The notes beneath the pieces were generated by a model. It made no database searches, was not told the DNA's origin, and saw only the letters and a list, made by a program, of their open reading frames with translations. The position numbers and the translations under genes were made by a program. A stretch of DNA of 43,262 bases from Priapulus caudatus (lineage: Eukaryota): the NCBI RefSeq assembly GCF_000485595.1, contig NW_014577063.1, forward strand, positions 684,854 to 728,115. The letters are read 5' to 3'. Each line of letters opens with the position of its first letter. The stretch's first letter is position 1. This document shows, one piece after another, positions 11,569 to 24,299 of the stretch.

Positions 11569-13897
11569 CTGTAATTGTGTAAATCAGGATAGCATACTAT
11601 GATTACAATTGTAACCGTCATGCACGTCCTACTAATTATATATATACATTACTACACATTCTTGCAATAATGCAAGCTCGCTCATATGCTGAAATGCACA
11701 TGCAAACACAAACATATATGCATCAAGAGTATATAATAGAGATTACATCTCTATTATGTACTCTAGATATGCATGTATGCACGCACCCTATTAATAATAC
11801 GTACATATTTGTTGGGTACATAAATCCAAAGGTATAGTACATACCTATAGGTATATACTGTTTACATAGGTAGGGTATATATGAGTGTACATATGGCCTA
11901 TAATTTGTTAGAAATTTTTAGAAACAGTGTAGATCTTGATATTGTTGCACGTAAATTCAGCCAATGACAGCTAAATTATGGCCTCAATTATATGAGTTTA
12001 TTATACATCGCAGAATAAAGGTGTGAATGTTTGCTGTGCAGATAAACAGTTTTGCAGACAGAGACAGTACACATCTCAACACTGGTGCCAAAGTTCCTGC
12101 GTGAGATTTAAGGAGACTATACCCAAGAGCTCACTTTGCCTCTTTACAACCATTTCTCCTTGAGGGTTAAACCAACACTAAACTAGGCTGTTATTCTGCC
12201 AAAGACGACACACATCGACAATGTGACACATCTAAACTTCTTACTCATACTGATCAGTGTCAATGAATGAGAGTCTATTCACTTCATCTATTCATCATTG
12301 CAGTTCTCTTTTTATTTGCCCAACTGCACTAATTTCATGCCCATTAAAGTTCCAAGATTGCTGACCAACCAGCACCAGTCAGTAGTGAGCACTCTGCTAT
12401 CTTAATGATAATGATCTTAGATGATAAGCATCAACATTCTTTGTATTAAAGCCATTGTGCTACAATTTGTGCGACTGCCTATCTGCTTTATCTCTAACAG
12501 TAACAGCCTCAATGATTCCCTTCAGTGATTGCACAGTTGTTAGTTCCAAGTTTGCCAGTCAGCCCACACGAGAAATGATTGCAGCACACGTTGGCGATTA
12601 ATATTTATAATTATATTTATGCTTCAAAGTTACACTATTAGATAAGGACACCTCGGTGCAGTGGTAAGAGAGGTTTGTGATGCGTGTGACAGCACAAACG
12701 CACACACGCATGCAAGCACGCACGCACGCATACTGATATAATTTTATACAGAGGTGTTATAATATCATGGCATGATATGAAGTTTATTCAAGTCAAGCGG
12801 TTGTGGAAGATGAAACCTTCTTGAAGCGGTAAAAAGCAACTCGTGAGTTCTACACTTTTTTTTACTTTATCATGCTGTATATACTGAAAATAGTACTAAA
12901 TTAAACATGAACACAGTATTGTGTCTCATAGGCATTGGTAGGCCTGGTATGTGTTGAAAAGAAAACTTAAAGATAATGTAAAACAAGTTTGGACCTGTTT
13001 CTACATCATTTCTACATGAACGCTCATTCCAACGTTACACTAACAGGTTGAAGACATTTTAAATTTAGTCTCTGGTAAAATATCAAAATTCCTGTATTCT
13101 CAGTTCTATTTCAAAGGACCTTACTTTAGCAATTTCGGATGGGAGAGTTAATACGTTCAGTGGCTTGGAACGATCAGTGAATTTTACATCTCCAGGGCAT
13201 GATCTGTGTACTCCTCCTTTATGAGCTGCAATCGCTGATAAAACACACTCACGCCCTGCACAGCGAGAGAGCAGTACATGTACACACAGGCTAATGTGTG
13301 CACAGCGCAAGCTAAAAGAGCGGGGCATACACGTCAGTGCACGTGCGAATATAGTAAGTTTTCAGGGGAGTGCTGGGACACCTGCTGATGCAAATATTGG
13401 CTGGGTGTACCACAATTTGTGGAGTATAGGAGGGAATTTTGTTTTTAATAAGAAAATATTTTTCACCTACCTACCTACTCGGTACCCTGAGAGGCGAGTA
13501 GGTAAAGTGGAAACAAACAATTTTTTAAGGGTGGCCTCATTGAACTCATGAAAGATATTCTCATTCATAAAACGACCTATCTGTGAGATAATCAAGCCCC
13601 TTAGAGAGTCGGCCCAGCTCACCCAGTTTTTACGAGGTTTTACGAGCGTGTCAACATGTCAACTTTACGGCCATTTGTTACTATGCACTGTCTTTAAAAC
13701 GTCCTTAATTATGCAACACTCGCTGATTCGACCTGCGGGCCCATTATGCCTGGTGTATAGGTCAATCTACTAGCTGCCTCATTTATTCTGAATACAGCAC
13801 ATCTTATAGATGCAGCATGGCTGACATACCAGACATGTGTTGTGGGTGTAACCGTGCAAAATAAGCAAGCCATAAACTATGAGACTAATGTACAGAC

Positions 13898-13970
13898 CTG
13901 CACTGGGGGCACATCCAGTGTATTTTCTGCTCTGACTGATATCAGCTGATCTATCTTCACAGCCTCACAC
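13898..13970 (-). CDS. PAG1/Cbp-like adaptor, exon 2
   Basis: gtttag|G...CAG|gtctgt; 73 nt, phase 2 to 0, exactly bridging exons 1 and 3. Confidence 0.7.
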
Positions 13971-14150
13971 CTAAACACAGAAGCGAATGTTGATATTACA
14001 GCACTTGGCACTTACATGTTGCACATGGTACGTACTACAGTGCAAGATAGGTCTAGATAATAGAATGGGAGAACAACAATAGGACATGCAAATATCTTGA
14101 AAAAAAACTAAAGAATTATCTGTCTGGATATGTTCCCTTTGTAGTTTAAA

Positions 14151-14195
14151 GCACACGCACGCACGCACGCACGCACCCACCCACCCACGCACGCA

Positions 14196-14227
<32 letters not shown>

Positions 14228-14233
14228 CACACA
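14151..14233. repeat. (GCAC)n/(CA)n microsatellite
   Basis: Seen directly in the sequence. Confidence 0.95.
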
Positions 14234-14737
14234 GGTACATACAAAGTAGCCTATAGCATCACAATATCATTGTCAATGTGATTTAGTAATAGTATTTCTG
14301 ACAATTCAAGATAATCCGTTCAACATAAACCTTTCACGAAGTTCTAATATTTATTCTATTATGTACTATATATTAAACGTAAAACATTTTAGTCACTGCT
14401 ACTACCTGCTAGTCTTAACTTCTAAGTATTTTCTATGATTATTCTATGTATTTTCTTTTTCCTTGATTGTACATTATGAATGTGAAATTTCATGCAAGCA
14501 CATAAATTGTGCATCTGTTGAAGCACTAAACGAATATAATTGATTCGAAAACTAGAAGCACTGTAACAGTGCAACTTACTACTCAAGATGCCTGCATCAA
14601 ATGCACTTACTTACAACAAAACTAGCTACTACAAGTTAGGTACAGTAACCCCGCAGGATAACACCTATGTCTGATGAAAAGGATAAAAGCAACTAATTTC
14701 AGTGGCTTAGCATGATTAAAAAAGAGTTGGTACTTAC

Positions 14738-14850
14738 TTTGGTCTCTGCTGACAACAAACGCAAATGGCCACAGCATAGATGAGCACGACGATAGTAGTG
14801 ATGGCCAGGCCGGCTCCAGCCAACGCTAGACCACCAGTCTCTGCCAACAT
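14738..14850 (-). CDS. PAG1/Cbp-like adaptor, first coding exon (TM helix and palmitoylation motif)
   Basis: MLAETGGLALAGAGLAITTIVVLIYAVAICVCCQQRP followed by the donor AA|gtaagt. An upstream acceptor lies at ~14886. Confidence 0.8.
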
Positions 14851-17133
14851 CTTACATGCATCTACCACCTTACAGCCACGGCTTACTGCAACACAGTAAT
14901 CACAAAAGTTTGGCTATAGATCTGGCTAAAAAAAACTCAATTAAACAGCATGTAAATGACAGTGAGGAACGAAATTCAAGCAAACCTAGAGGGATACCAA
15001 CTGTGCTAATGCAATCAAATTTCAAAGGTGTTAAAATTATTGTACGAACATTCAAAGCCACACACTATACACAAAGATGCAGTATTGAATACAATGCAGA
15101 GTCTGAGAGCAACCACTTTTTCGAACTGGTTATAACAATATACATATATTACAATATAAACATACCACACGCATGTTTCTATGCATGCACAGTCCAGGGC
15201 TTTAATAGCACAAATAGATGTTCTGCCAACGCATGGCACGCAATACAAACACACAATACAGCACTATAAATCGCTAAGCAAGTTTTTGACCTGCAGATCA
15301 TAATATGCAAACTAACAGTGTAGCTCACGGAGTTTGCTTGTCCATGCTAGTGAGCTATCAACTCAAAACTGCACATATTTATGTAAAACACGCTTAACTT
15401 TCGTCTGAAGTTTACACATCACGATGCCACAGAAACGACTAAGCAGTTAGGGATCCAAAGTACCAACAAACTAAATCCACGTCATACAGTAAACAGTGGC
15501 ACATTATACCACCACGATAAGTCGACCAAAACCTGGAACATTTTCACCGCTCCAGTGACTCATGCGTATTATGTGTACATACATGGGCTAGCAGGTGGAT
15601 CTAAACGAAATGTGTGACTGTGCTGTAGCGTACTCATTCACTGTCCTAGATACTTATTCTGGCGGGCTAAAAATCATTCATGAACAAGTGGCACAGTGCG
15701 AATGAAACTAGCTTTGGCCACTGCTGACCGACTTACAAGCAACATCAACATGCAACAGTTCTGGCAGACTATTTACGACTCACTAACCTAGGGAAATGCC
15801 ATTGTTGTACCCAACTGGAAAGCTCTGTGCAGTAATTTTCGTGATTGCCTACGTTTCACCTGATTTGTTCTCAATGATTACAAGCTACCGCTAAAATCAA
15901 TTGCTGCACAATAGTGGACATTAACGTGGAGGTCTGCATTTATTCTGAATTTCACAACTTACTATTGACAAGTCAAAGAATTTCTAACCATAATCGTATT
16001 ACACTTGATATTTCTTGACTGTCAGGAACGCTAATGACAAAGGCAAACGACCAATCAGCGCTTCATTTATTTACCCGAACGAGCGGTAACAAGTACAGAT
16101 TTGCAGTACACATGTATGGTCTGACGCAGAAAGCAAATTATTACCCAGAAGAAAGCCATTACAGGTCATGATCATTTACAAAGGAAATGCAGACCGTTCA
16201 TCGATCATGTCAGACAAATTAAGTCAAGATGCTAGAATTAATTCACAACACCTTCCTACGTGGTAGAGACGTAACATAACATTCATTAACAGAGACGAAC
16301 AAACAAAGTTTCAACACTGCACGGCATCCCAACGTGTAATTACGTGTTGTTAGTAATGTACACAATGAGGTTAGCGTTAATTTAATGAGCTAATTAACTG
16401 TGTTTACATGCTCACCTTCTATTACTTCACACTAGATCTGCCATGTTCTCTATACAGTCAAGACCTAACAAAAAAACAATAATGACATAAAGGTCAATCA
16501 CTCTGCTAAATGTGAATACAACAGACACTACACTTAGCTATATGCAGTCTCTAAATAGGTTTCGTGTTTTTAATTAAACAAGTGCCGCAGAGCGACAGCG
16601 CTCAACCAACGTGTACGGGTATTCTTCAGATAAACTCACTGGCGACCGAATCAAGTTGCCTATACGCCTACTCCCTAACCATATCAGATAGTTACCAGGG
16701 TAACCTCCGATAGTACCCTGGGGGACATAGACCCTATGAGCGTCAGTGTCAGTGACAGTGCTGGTGACAGGGATTCGGACAGGGTGTGTCGATGGGAGAG
16801 GACGTGTTTTCGCGGCGCTCCGATTTAACACTACAGTGTGCTCTTCTCTGGCTGAAAGTTGTATAGATACTAGTAGTAGTACTACTAACATAACTTAATT
16901 ACGTTATTTACCGTGAATTTCTCAAATTTCCGTTACTTGTGCACGAGTTATTTCATGCGATGCTAACTAACTAGCTGCAACAGCATTACATTGAAAACAA
17001 GAGTGCATCCATTAGTCAAACAACAACAAACAATTTTTCCCGCCTGAATTTACACTAAACATTCAAGATACTTGGCAAAAGCCTAAGGTAACACTAATTA
17101 TTTAGCATATATGCACTGTGTCTATTCTTTACC

Positions 17134-20100
17134 TCTAACACAGGCCAACTTAGTCTCATTTGCTGTGTTACCCGGGGTGGCTTGTCGGGAACGAAGAAAG
17201 GAAGGCAGCCAGCTAGCTAGTTCCTACACAGTTACTAACACTAACACTAGTCATCACAGGAACAGGAACAGTATAAGCAGTTTACTATATATATAGTAAA
17301 GAGACTAACTATGTGTTGTGGCATCTATTTGCACCAATAAGAAAAAAACAGAAAAACGTAAATACGTAATAATATAATTGTAATCATCTAAGTGGTGCAT
17401 TATTGTGTTGTTGTGTTGGTAAACATTACCAGCTATAGATGTCTACAGTACTAGGACTACGAGTAAAAGGTTACTGAGAGGATCAGCAAGTAGTAGCAAT
17501 ATAAATATGAAAGACAATACGGGGGGGTAGCTTGACAGGTAGCGAAAAGCAAGGTGGTGGCACCGATGCGGTAGAAACGTGTGGATCGTGTGGAAAAGTA
17601 GTGAAGGACTCGTGTCGTCCTTGGAATGCGAGATTTGTCAATTCTGGCACCACATTGAGTGTGAGGAAGTACCAACTGAAACATATAAGGTAATTGAGAA
17701 GGATCTGGGAGGCATACACTGGTATTGTAGAAAGTGCAACGTAAGTGTTGTGAAACTGCTCACCTCCATATCATGCCTTGATCAGAGGCAATCCGTGACA
17801 GAGACCAAAGTGAATGCATTGGACACAAGGATGATTGATCTAGAACAGAGTGTAGTCAAAACTAGCAATAGTTTGGACAAAATACATGACACTTTTGATA
17901 GTGTTCTAGACCTTAAAATAGATGAGACATTAAGGAAAATCCAAGATAGGGACCGCAGGAAGTGCAATGTCATTGTCTTCGGTGTCGATGATGGCAAGGT
18001 AAGGCTGAATCATGACTGTTCGGCTATAAAAGAACTCGCAAGGAGTACGTCGAAATCGATAGGACTTACAGACTCGGCAAGATTCAGTCGGAAAACAAGG
18101 GAATTTTAGCCAGACCGATGAAAGTTGTCTTGAAACAAGAGAGTGTACGAAGTCAGTTACTTCGACAAGCAAAGGCACTAAAAGACAAAAAGGACAAATG
18201 GAAGAAATGCTACGTGAAACCGGACTTGACTCCCAAAAAGATGGAGAGGACAAGAGTCTTAGTGGCAGAGATAGAAGAAAGAAGAGGCAAAGGGGAGCAG
18301 GATCTGGTATTAAGGTTCGGACAGATTGTCAAGCTAAAGAAGGAACGCGGGAAACCAGGCCTGAGACAATACTAGGGGGAGATAGAGGGGATATAGTTGT
18401 AAATAATGGTACAGGAGCACCTATTCTATTTCAAATTTCTACACAAATACACAAAGCATTGTAAATAAGTTAGACGAATTTGAAGCCCTAATAGACGAAC
18501 TGAAACCAGACATTATTGGTATCACAGAGACGTGGGCAAATGAGAACACTCCAGACAGTTTGTTCACCCTAAGAGGGTATGATCTTTTCAGAAAATATCG
18601 GGTAGGAGCACAGGGAGAAGGAGTACTATTACTGGTCCAAAACGATCTCCAAGCATCAACCTGTCCAAGACTAGAGGTTAGCGAGTTTGCTGAATCAGTA
18701 TGGTGTGAAATCCAACTAACTGGAGAGGATGTTTTATTCATAGGAGTGTGTTATCGATCACCAGCTAGTACACAGGAGAACAATGAGGAGTTGATTGATC
18801 TATTCTCTAAGGTAGCAAGTGGACAGGAGATGCATGTTCTGATTATGGGTGACTTTAATATACCTGAGGTTGATTATGTGAACTATTGCACCAGTTGCAG
18901 TCCACTGTCATTCCACAGTAGGTTTCTCGACAAGACCCAGGACATGTTTCTATTGCAACATGTGACGGTACCGACAAGATATTATCATATAGAGAAGGTC
19001 AAGAGCCATCTAAACTTGATCTGATCTTCACAAATGATGAGAATATGATCGATGAAGTGAGTTGTTTGGCACCCATCAGGAAGAGCGATCACATTGGACT
19101 AGCATGGACGACCATAACACACCTGGACCCAAACAGCCTGAAACACAAGTACGAAGGCCGAAACTACTGGAAAGAAGATTATATATCTTTAAACACAGAA
19201 ATCAAAGCCACTGATTGGAAGACAGTATTGCGAGGTTTGGACACCAACAGTGCTTGGCAGGAGTTGGAGCTAAGAATTGAAGACCTTAGTAAGAGGAATG
19301 TATCAGAGAAGAGACCACCAAATAAGAACCAGAGACCAAGATGGCTGACCAAGCTTGTTCGAAAAGCAATACAGAAGAAGAGGAAATTTTACTTAAATAC
19401 TGTAGACTGTGCAGAGAAAAAGATTATGCCAATTGTGTTAAACAGAGAAAAATCACTTCCAACTTGTGTAACAAAGCCAAGAAAAATTATGAGCGAGGTC
19501 TTGTTGATGTATTCAAGAGCAACCCCAAGAAGTTTTATGGGTACGTGCGCAAGAAACAGAAGGTCAAAGCTGGAATAACTCGATTAGCCAAAGGAAAAGG
19601 TATGTTAACAGACAACGACCAAGAAGCAGCATCATTACTGAACAACTATTTCAAGTGTTTGTAACAGAGCCAGTGGGTAACATTCCGAATAACAAGCTTG
19701 AACAGTATTGAGATTACAGCTGCACAAATGGAAAAGAAGCTGAGAGAACTGAAGCCAGGCAAGTCACCAGGACCTGATGGAATACACCCGAAAAGTTCTG
19801 CTAAAAGAATGTGCTGATGGACTTGCATTGCCACTCACATTAATATTCCAAAAATCCTTACAGGAAGGGACCCTACCAACAAAATTGAAAAAAGTGCAGG
19901 TTTCGCCCATCTTCAAAAAAGGATGGCTGCTGAGAACTACAGACCAGTTTCACTAACATGTGTGTGTTGTAAGGTCATGGAATCGCTATTGCGTGATGAA
20001 GTAGTAAAATTCATAGATGAGAACAAATTGTTTACAGAACACCAACATGGATTTACGTCAAGGAGGAGCTGTCTGACTAATCTCCTAGAGACATTTGAAG

Positions 20101-20825
20101 CTTGGAGTAAGGCCATTGACAATGGTAATTGCATCGACACCATCTTTTTAGACTATCAAAAAGCATTTCACACGGTTCTGCACATGAGGCTATTGAAAAA
20201 ATTGAAAACGTATGGAATAAGAGGAACACTCATAAACTGGATTGAAAGCTTTCTCGTGGGGCGCCAGATGAGGGCGAGCGTTCGAGGACTGTACTCGGAA
20301 TGGTGGTCAGTAGATAAAGGAGTTCCGCAAGGATCGGTCTTAGAACCACTACTGTTCCTGGTATATGTAAACGATATCCCGGACATAGCAATTTGTGATA
20401 GGAAAATCTTTGCGGATGATACAAAAATGTGGAAATCTATATCGACAACAACGAACTGCATGCTACTGCAGCATGACCTAAATATGATGTGTGAATGGTC
20501 AAGGAATTGGCTATTAAAGTTTCACGTCAGGAAGTGGAAACGGATGCATTTAGGAGGAAATAACGAACAGTTTGATTACTCAATGACCGATGAGGCTGGG
20601 ACAAGAAGAGTGTTAGATGAGATCACTGAAGAAAAAGACCTTGGGATATGAATAAATAGCGACATGAAACCCACTCTACAGTGTACCAGAGCAGCGAACA
20701 AAGCGATGGGGGTAATGAGATCAATCAAGAAAACATTCAAGTACGTAGATAAAAGGTGTTTCCTTATCCTGTACAAGACGTTCATCAGACCCCACCTAGA
20801 GTACTGTGTGCAAACCTGGGGGCCG
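17134..20825 (+). mobile_element. CR1-clade LINE, decayed and 3'-truncated
   Basis: ORF1 has a PHD finger (CGSC...CEICQFWHHIEC...WYCRKC). ORF2 has APE motifs (DIIGITETW, IGVCYRSP, GDFN) and RT motifs (NYRPVSLT, GVPQGSVL, FADDTK, RPHLEY). Multiple frameshifts and stops. Confidence 0.95.
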
Positions 20826-21614
20826 TTGTCAGAAACAAAATTAGTCTTAACATTAGTCTTTTAACATTAACGTCCACTCGTAACCGTTGACAGAAACATC
20901 GCAAAGTTACGAGAATGAAAAATCCTCGAAAATATCCTCTTAACATTACGAGAACCCAGACCCTCTCGTAACATTAATATTAAGTTGAAAATAACACATT
21001 TACACTACGAATTACAATTATAGTGATATTATATTTTATAATAATGAATAAAATGTTTTTCTTGAAAAACACGTCAAAATCCTTAATTATCTACCGCTCA
21101 ATCTTAATTATCTAACAAAACAAAACATTTACAAATGGCATATGGCATTTGTTCTCTTGTTTTATTGTTTTAAATTACAGTGTGAGAATTTGTCTTGTTG
21201 TGCAGAATAAATTCATGACCGCGTCGTTTTTCATTTTTACCTCCGCCCCGATTAAATTCCACCTCAATAAAAGTTTGACAGCGCGGGAATCGATCGTTTG
21301 TTGATGCCGCCATTTTGCGAGCAGTAACCAAAGCACACTTGTGTGCTTCGCTGTGATTGGCTGGTCACCCTCACTGCTAAGCTAAGCCAATCAGCAGAGA
21401 GCTTTTTTGAACAGTTCACACATGTATGCGCATAGTCAAAAACTACATGAGGAATAAGAGTGAGTCAGCTTTGGAGGCTACTGCAATTTCCATAGCTGCT
21501 GCTACTTGCAATTGAGGGGCCACCTCGGCAAGAATTCCCATTCGACCAGGCCCTCGGACCCCCCTAGTTTCACCTCCCCCCTTCCCCTGTTTCAATTTTA
21601 TCCTGGGGAGAACC

Positions 21615-22347
21615 TAGCTCTAGAACTATAGCCCTCCGCTCCATCGCAGGGCTATAGAACATACTATGACAATTTTTAGGTAGTAAGCAGACAACTTTTT
21701 GCGCTTAATAACTTCTTTAGTACGCCAAATAAAGCACATTCTCTGTCGCACAAATGTCTTAAGTTACTATAAACACTAAAATTAAATCGCAAACTAACGC
21801 TTAAATGTTGTACTTGCTATATTACTCGTCGACGAAGATTGTTTACAAACTTGTAACCGCCATTTTTCGCTAGTGAGCGGGCACGCTAGCGAGCCGGCAC
21901 GCTAGCGAGCGGGCACAAGTTATTTCCAAGTGGACTGTGAAGGGGTGGGCAGGTTGCATGCGGTTGCAAACCGCCATTTTTTGTTGCGCAGTGCTAGCGC
22001 GGTTTGCAACCGCGTGCAACCTGCCCACCCCTCCACTTGGAAATACATTGTGCCCGCTCACTAGCCCCAGAACCGCGCTAGCGCCGCGCAACGAAAAATG
22101 GCGGGGACAAGTTGGTAAATAATTTTGTCGACGAGTAATATAGCAAGTACAACATTTAACCATTAGTTTGCAGTTTAATTTTAGTGTTTGCAGTAACTTA
22201 AGACATTTGTGCGACAGAGAATGTGCTTTATTTGGCGTACCAAAGAAGTTATTAAGCGCAAAAAGTTGTCTTTGCTTACTACCTGGAAATTGCCATAGTA
22301 TGTTCTATAGCCCTGCAGCGGAGCGGAGGGCTATAGTTCTAGAGCTA
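21615..22347. mobile_element. Foldback non-autonomous DNA transposon with TAG...CTA ends and 9-bp TSD (AcademH-like)
   Basis: Nearly the whole element is an imperfect hairpin; TSD gggagaacc at 21606-21614 and 22348-22356. Confidence 0.85.
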
Positions 22348-22522
22348 GGGAGAACCCTGCATTGCCTGGCCATTGCCATTGGCATTGCATTTCCTGCAGC
22401 AACTGTACGCGGGCTATAGTACCGGTACTAGAATAGAGCTATGTCTGATACTGATAGTTACTTAACTCTAGTACTAATACTAATAGAAATAATAGTTAGT
22501 TACTGTGATACTGCTGCTGAGA

Positions 22523-22760
22523 GGGTCTATGTCCCCCGGGGTACTGCCGGAACGTACCCTGGTACTATCTAATATGCCGAACCGTACCTCGTCTACTCCA
22601 CTAACGAGTCTAGGGAGTCGCCTACGCCTACTCCCTAACCCGAACCCTAATCCTAACCATATCAAATAGTGACCAGGGTACGTTCCGGTATACCGGACCG
22701 TACCCAGGGTACGTTCCGGCAGTAACCTGGGGGACATTCGTCACATAGACCCTATGAGCG
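22523..22760. mobile_element. Small inverted-repeat element with internal CCCTAA-like repeats; partial copy at ~16660-16742
   Basis: gggtctatgtcccc...ggggacat..agaccc inverted ends; the 3' half is shared with 16660-16742. Confidence 0.6.
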
Positions 22761-23258
22761 ATACTGCTAGTGCTAGTCACTAGACTAGTGAGTAGTGATA
22801 CTGATTTAGTGATTATCATTACTGATTACTGATCAGTTCTAGTACTACTACTAGTAGTACTATATTGCATACCACTCATACAACTGTACATTTATAAATA
22901 CATTTCTGGTTAGAGAGAAATATTACATAAACTAGGTAATATTATGTGTTATACATACACACAAATGGCAATGTTTCTCAATTGTTTTTTTACGAAATCA
23001 CAGTCAATAAACAACCGCTCGGTCTAGTTGTCTCTCACCTTTGACCCGAATTGGAAGATATTCGAATAACGCGGACGGTATGTGTTCGTAATGATAATAG
23101 TAATATAATATATTTTATCCGCAAGCATTAATTTATTAGTTTATTGTTTTGTTTTAATGCAATATAGATGCTTATTCAAGCAGTTTAAAGTAGAACACAA
23201 TGTCTATTTCAATGTCAATTTTTAACCGTCTTCGCGATCCTTAGAGTACATTCAGCAA

Positions 23259-23344
23259 TAGACTGGTACTCGCTCCCACCTCGATTACTCGATGGGTAAC
23301 CCAATGAGTAACTAAGCCGAGAAGTGGGACCTAGTACCAGTCTA
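23259..23344. mobile_element. 86-bp MITE with TAG...CTA ends and 9-bp TSD (AcademH-like)
   Basis: TIRs tagactggtact / agtaccagtcta; perfect TSD attcagcaa. Confidence 0.85.
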
Positions 23345-23764
23345 ATTCAGCAACCAATCAGCAAAATAACACAAATAAACATGGCGCGGAGTCATTGATT
23401 AGCGGAAACCATTAATTTAAGCATTTATCACATGTAACTGTTGTATTCTAGTTATATGAACTTTGTATAACACAACCCATTGTATTGCATATCAGGTGGG
23501 TTTACATGGAAGCAGATACTTTCTAATTTTTCGTATGTCTAACCGCTAACCGGCAGCTGAGAAACTGAGAAAGTACCACGATTCGATCTGTTCACCCGTA
23601 AATCGACCAGGCTCTCCGACTGTTACATGGCGTAGGATTTTTGTTTATGCCAACGTAGTGTTAAGCGAAAAGGGAACTTGTGGCTAGCACAAGCAATTCT
23701 TTAACACAAACAGAGCAAGCTTGACGCCGGGACCAGTCTACACAAAACGGCGCTTTAAGTTTAA

Positions 23765-24299
23765 GGCTGTTGCTCCTGCAACGGTACCGTCGCCGATTTT
23801 ATTTCTCTTAAAGTCACGGTACTGACGGTACTGACGCCTGATTGGTTGAGCTTGTTTTCTCGCGATATACATAGCACATCCAAAATTTTAATTTTAATAT
23901 GTCGCAGCAGCGTAACCGTTATAACGCTGGCGCCAAGTATGAATGGTCGCAGGATCGAATCCCATCCGTTTTCTAATTATTTTCCTGTTTTCTGTATTTT
24001 TCTATCTTTATCTGTTTAACATTTTTTTTCAATTAACGCAAATATTTACATGATTTATTTACAACATTTTAATAACAACAATTAATTTTTACAACAATTA
24101 AAAATTAAATTTTATTAATTTAATAGGGTTAGGGTTAGGGTTAGGGTTAGGGTTATCGTATATATCGTATAAAATCGTATATATAATATCGTACCAAAAG
24201 CAACGGTAGTTATTATTCGCCGATAGATGGCGCTGGCATCACTACCGTGACTTTAAGAGAGAAAAAATCGGCGACGGTACCGTTGCAGGAGCAACAGCC
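23765..24299. mobile_element. MULE-like MITE with internal (TTAGGG)n
   Basis: ~57-bp TIRs starting ggctgttgctcctgcaacggtaccgtcgccgatttt; perfect 9-bp TSD taagtttaa; (GGGTTA)5 at ~24126-24155. Confidence 0.85.

Noticed and set aside
12135..12158. 24-nt microexon candidate (aag|GAGAAATGG...GCAAA|gtgag)
   Set aside because: Phase 2-2 is incompatible with the phase-0 intron it lies in.
12646..12680. tRNA-like A-box (ggtgcagtggtaag)
   Set aside because: No B-box or cloverleaf follows; at most a SINE head fragment.
24126..24155. (TTAGGG)n as a telomere or chromosome-fusion scar
   Set aside because: Only five units, inside a TSD-flanked MITE.
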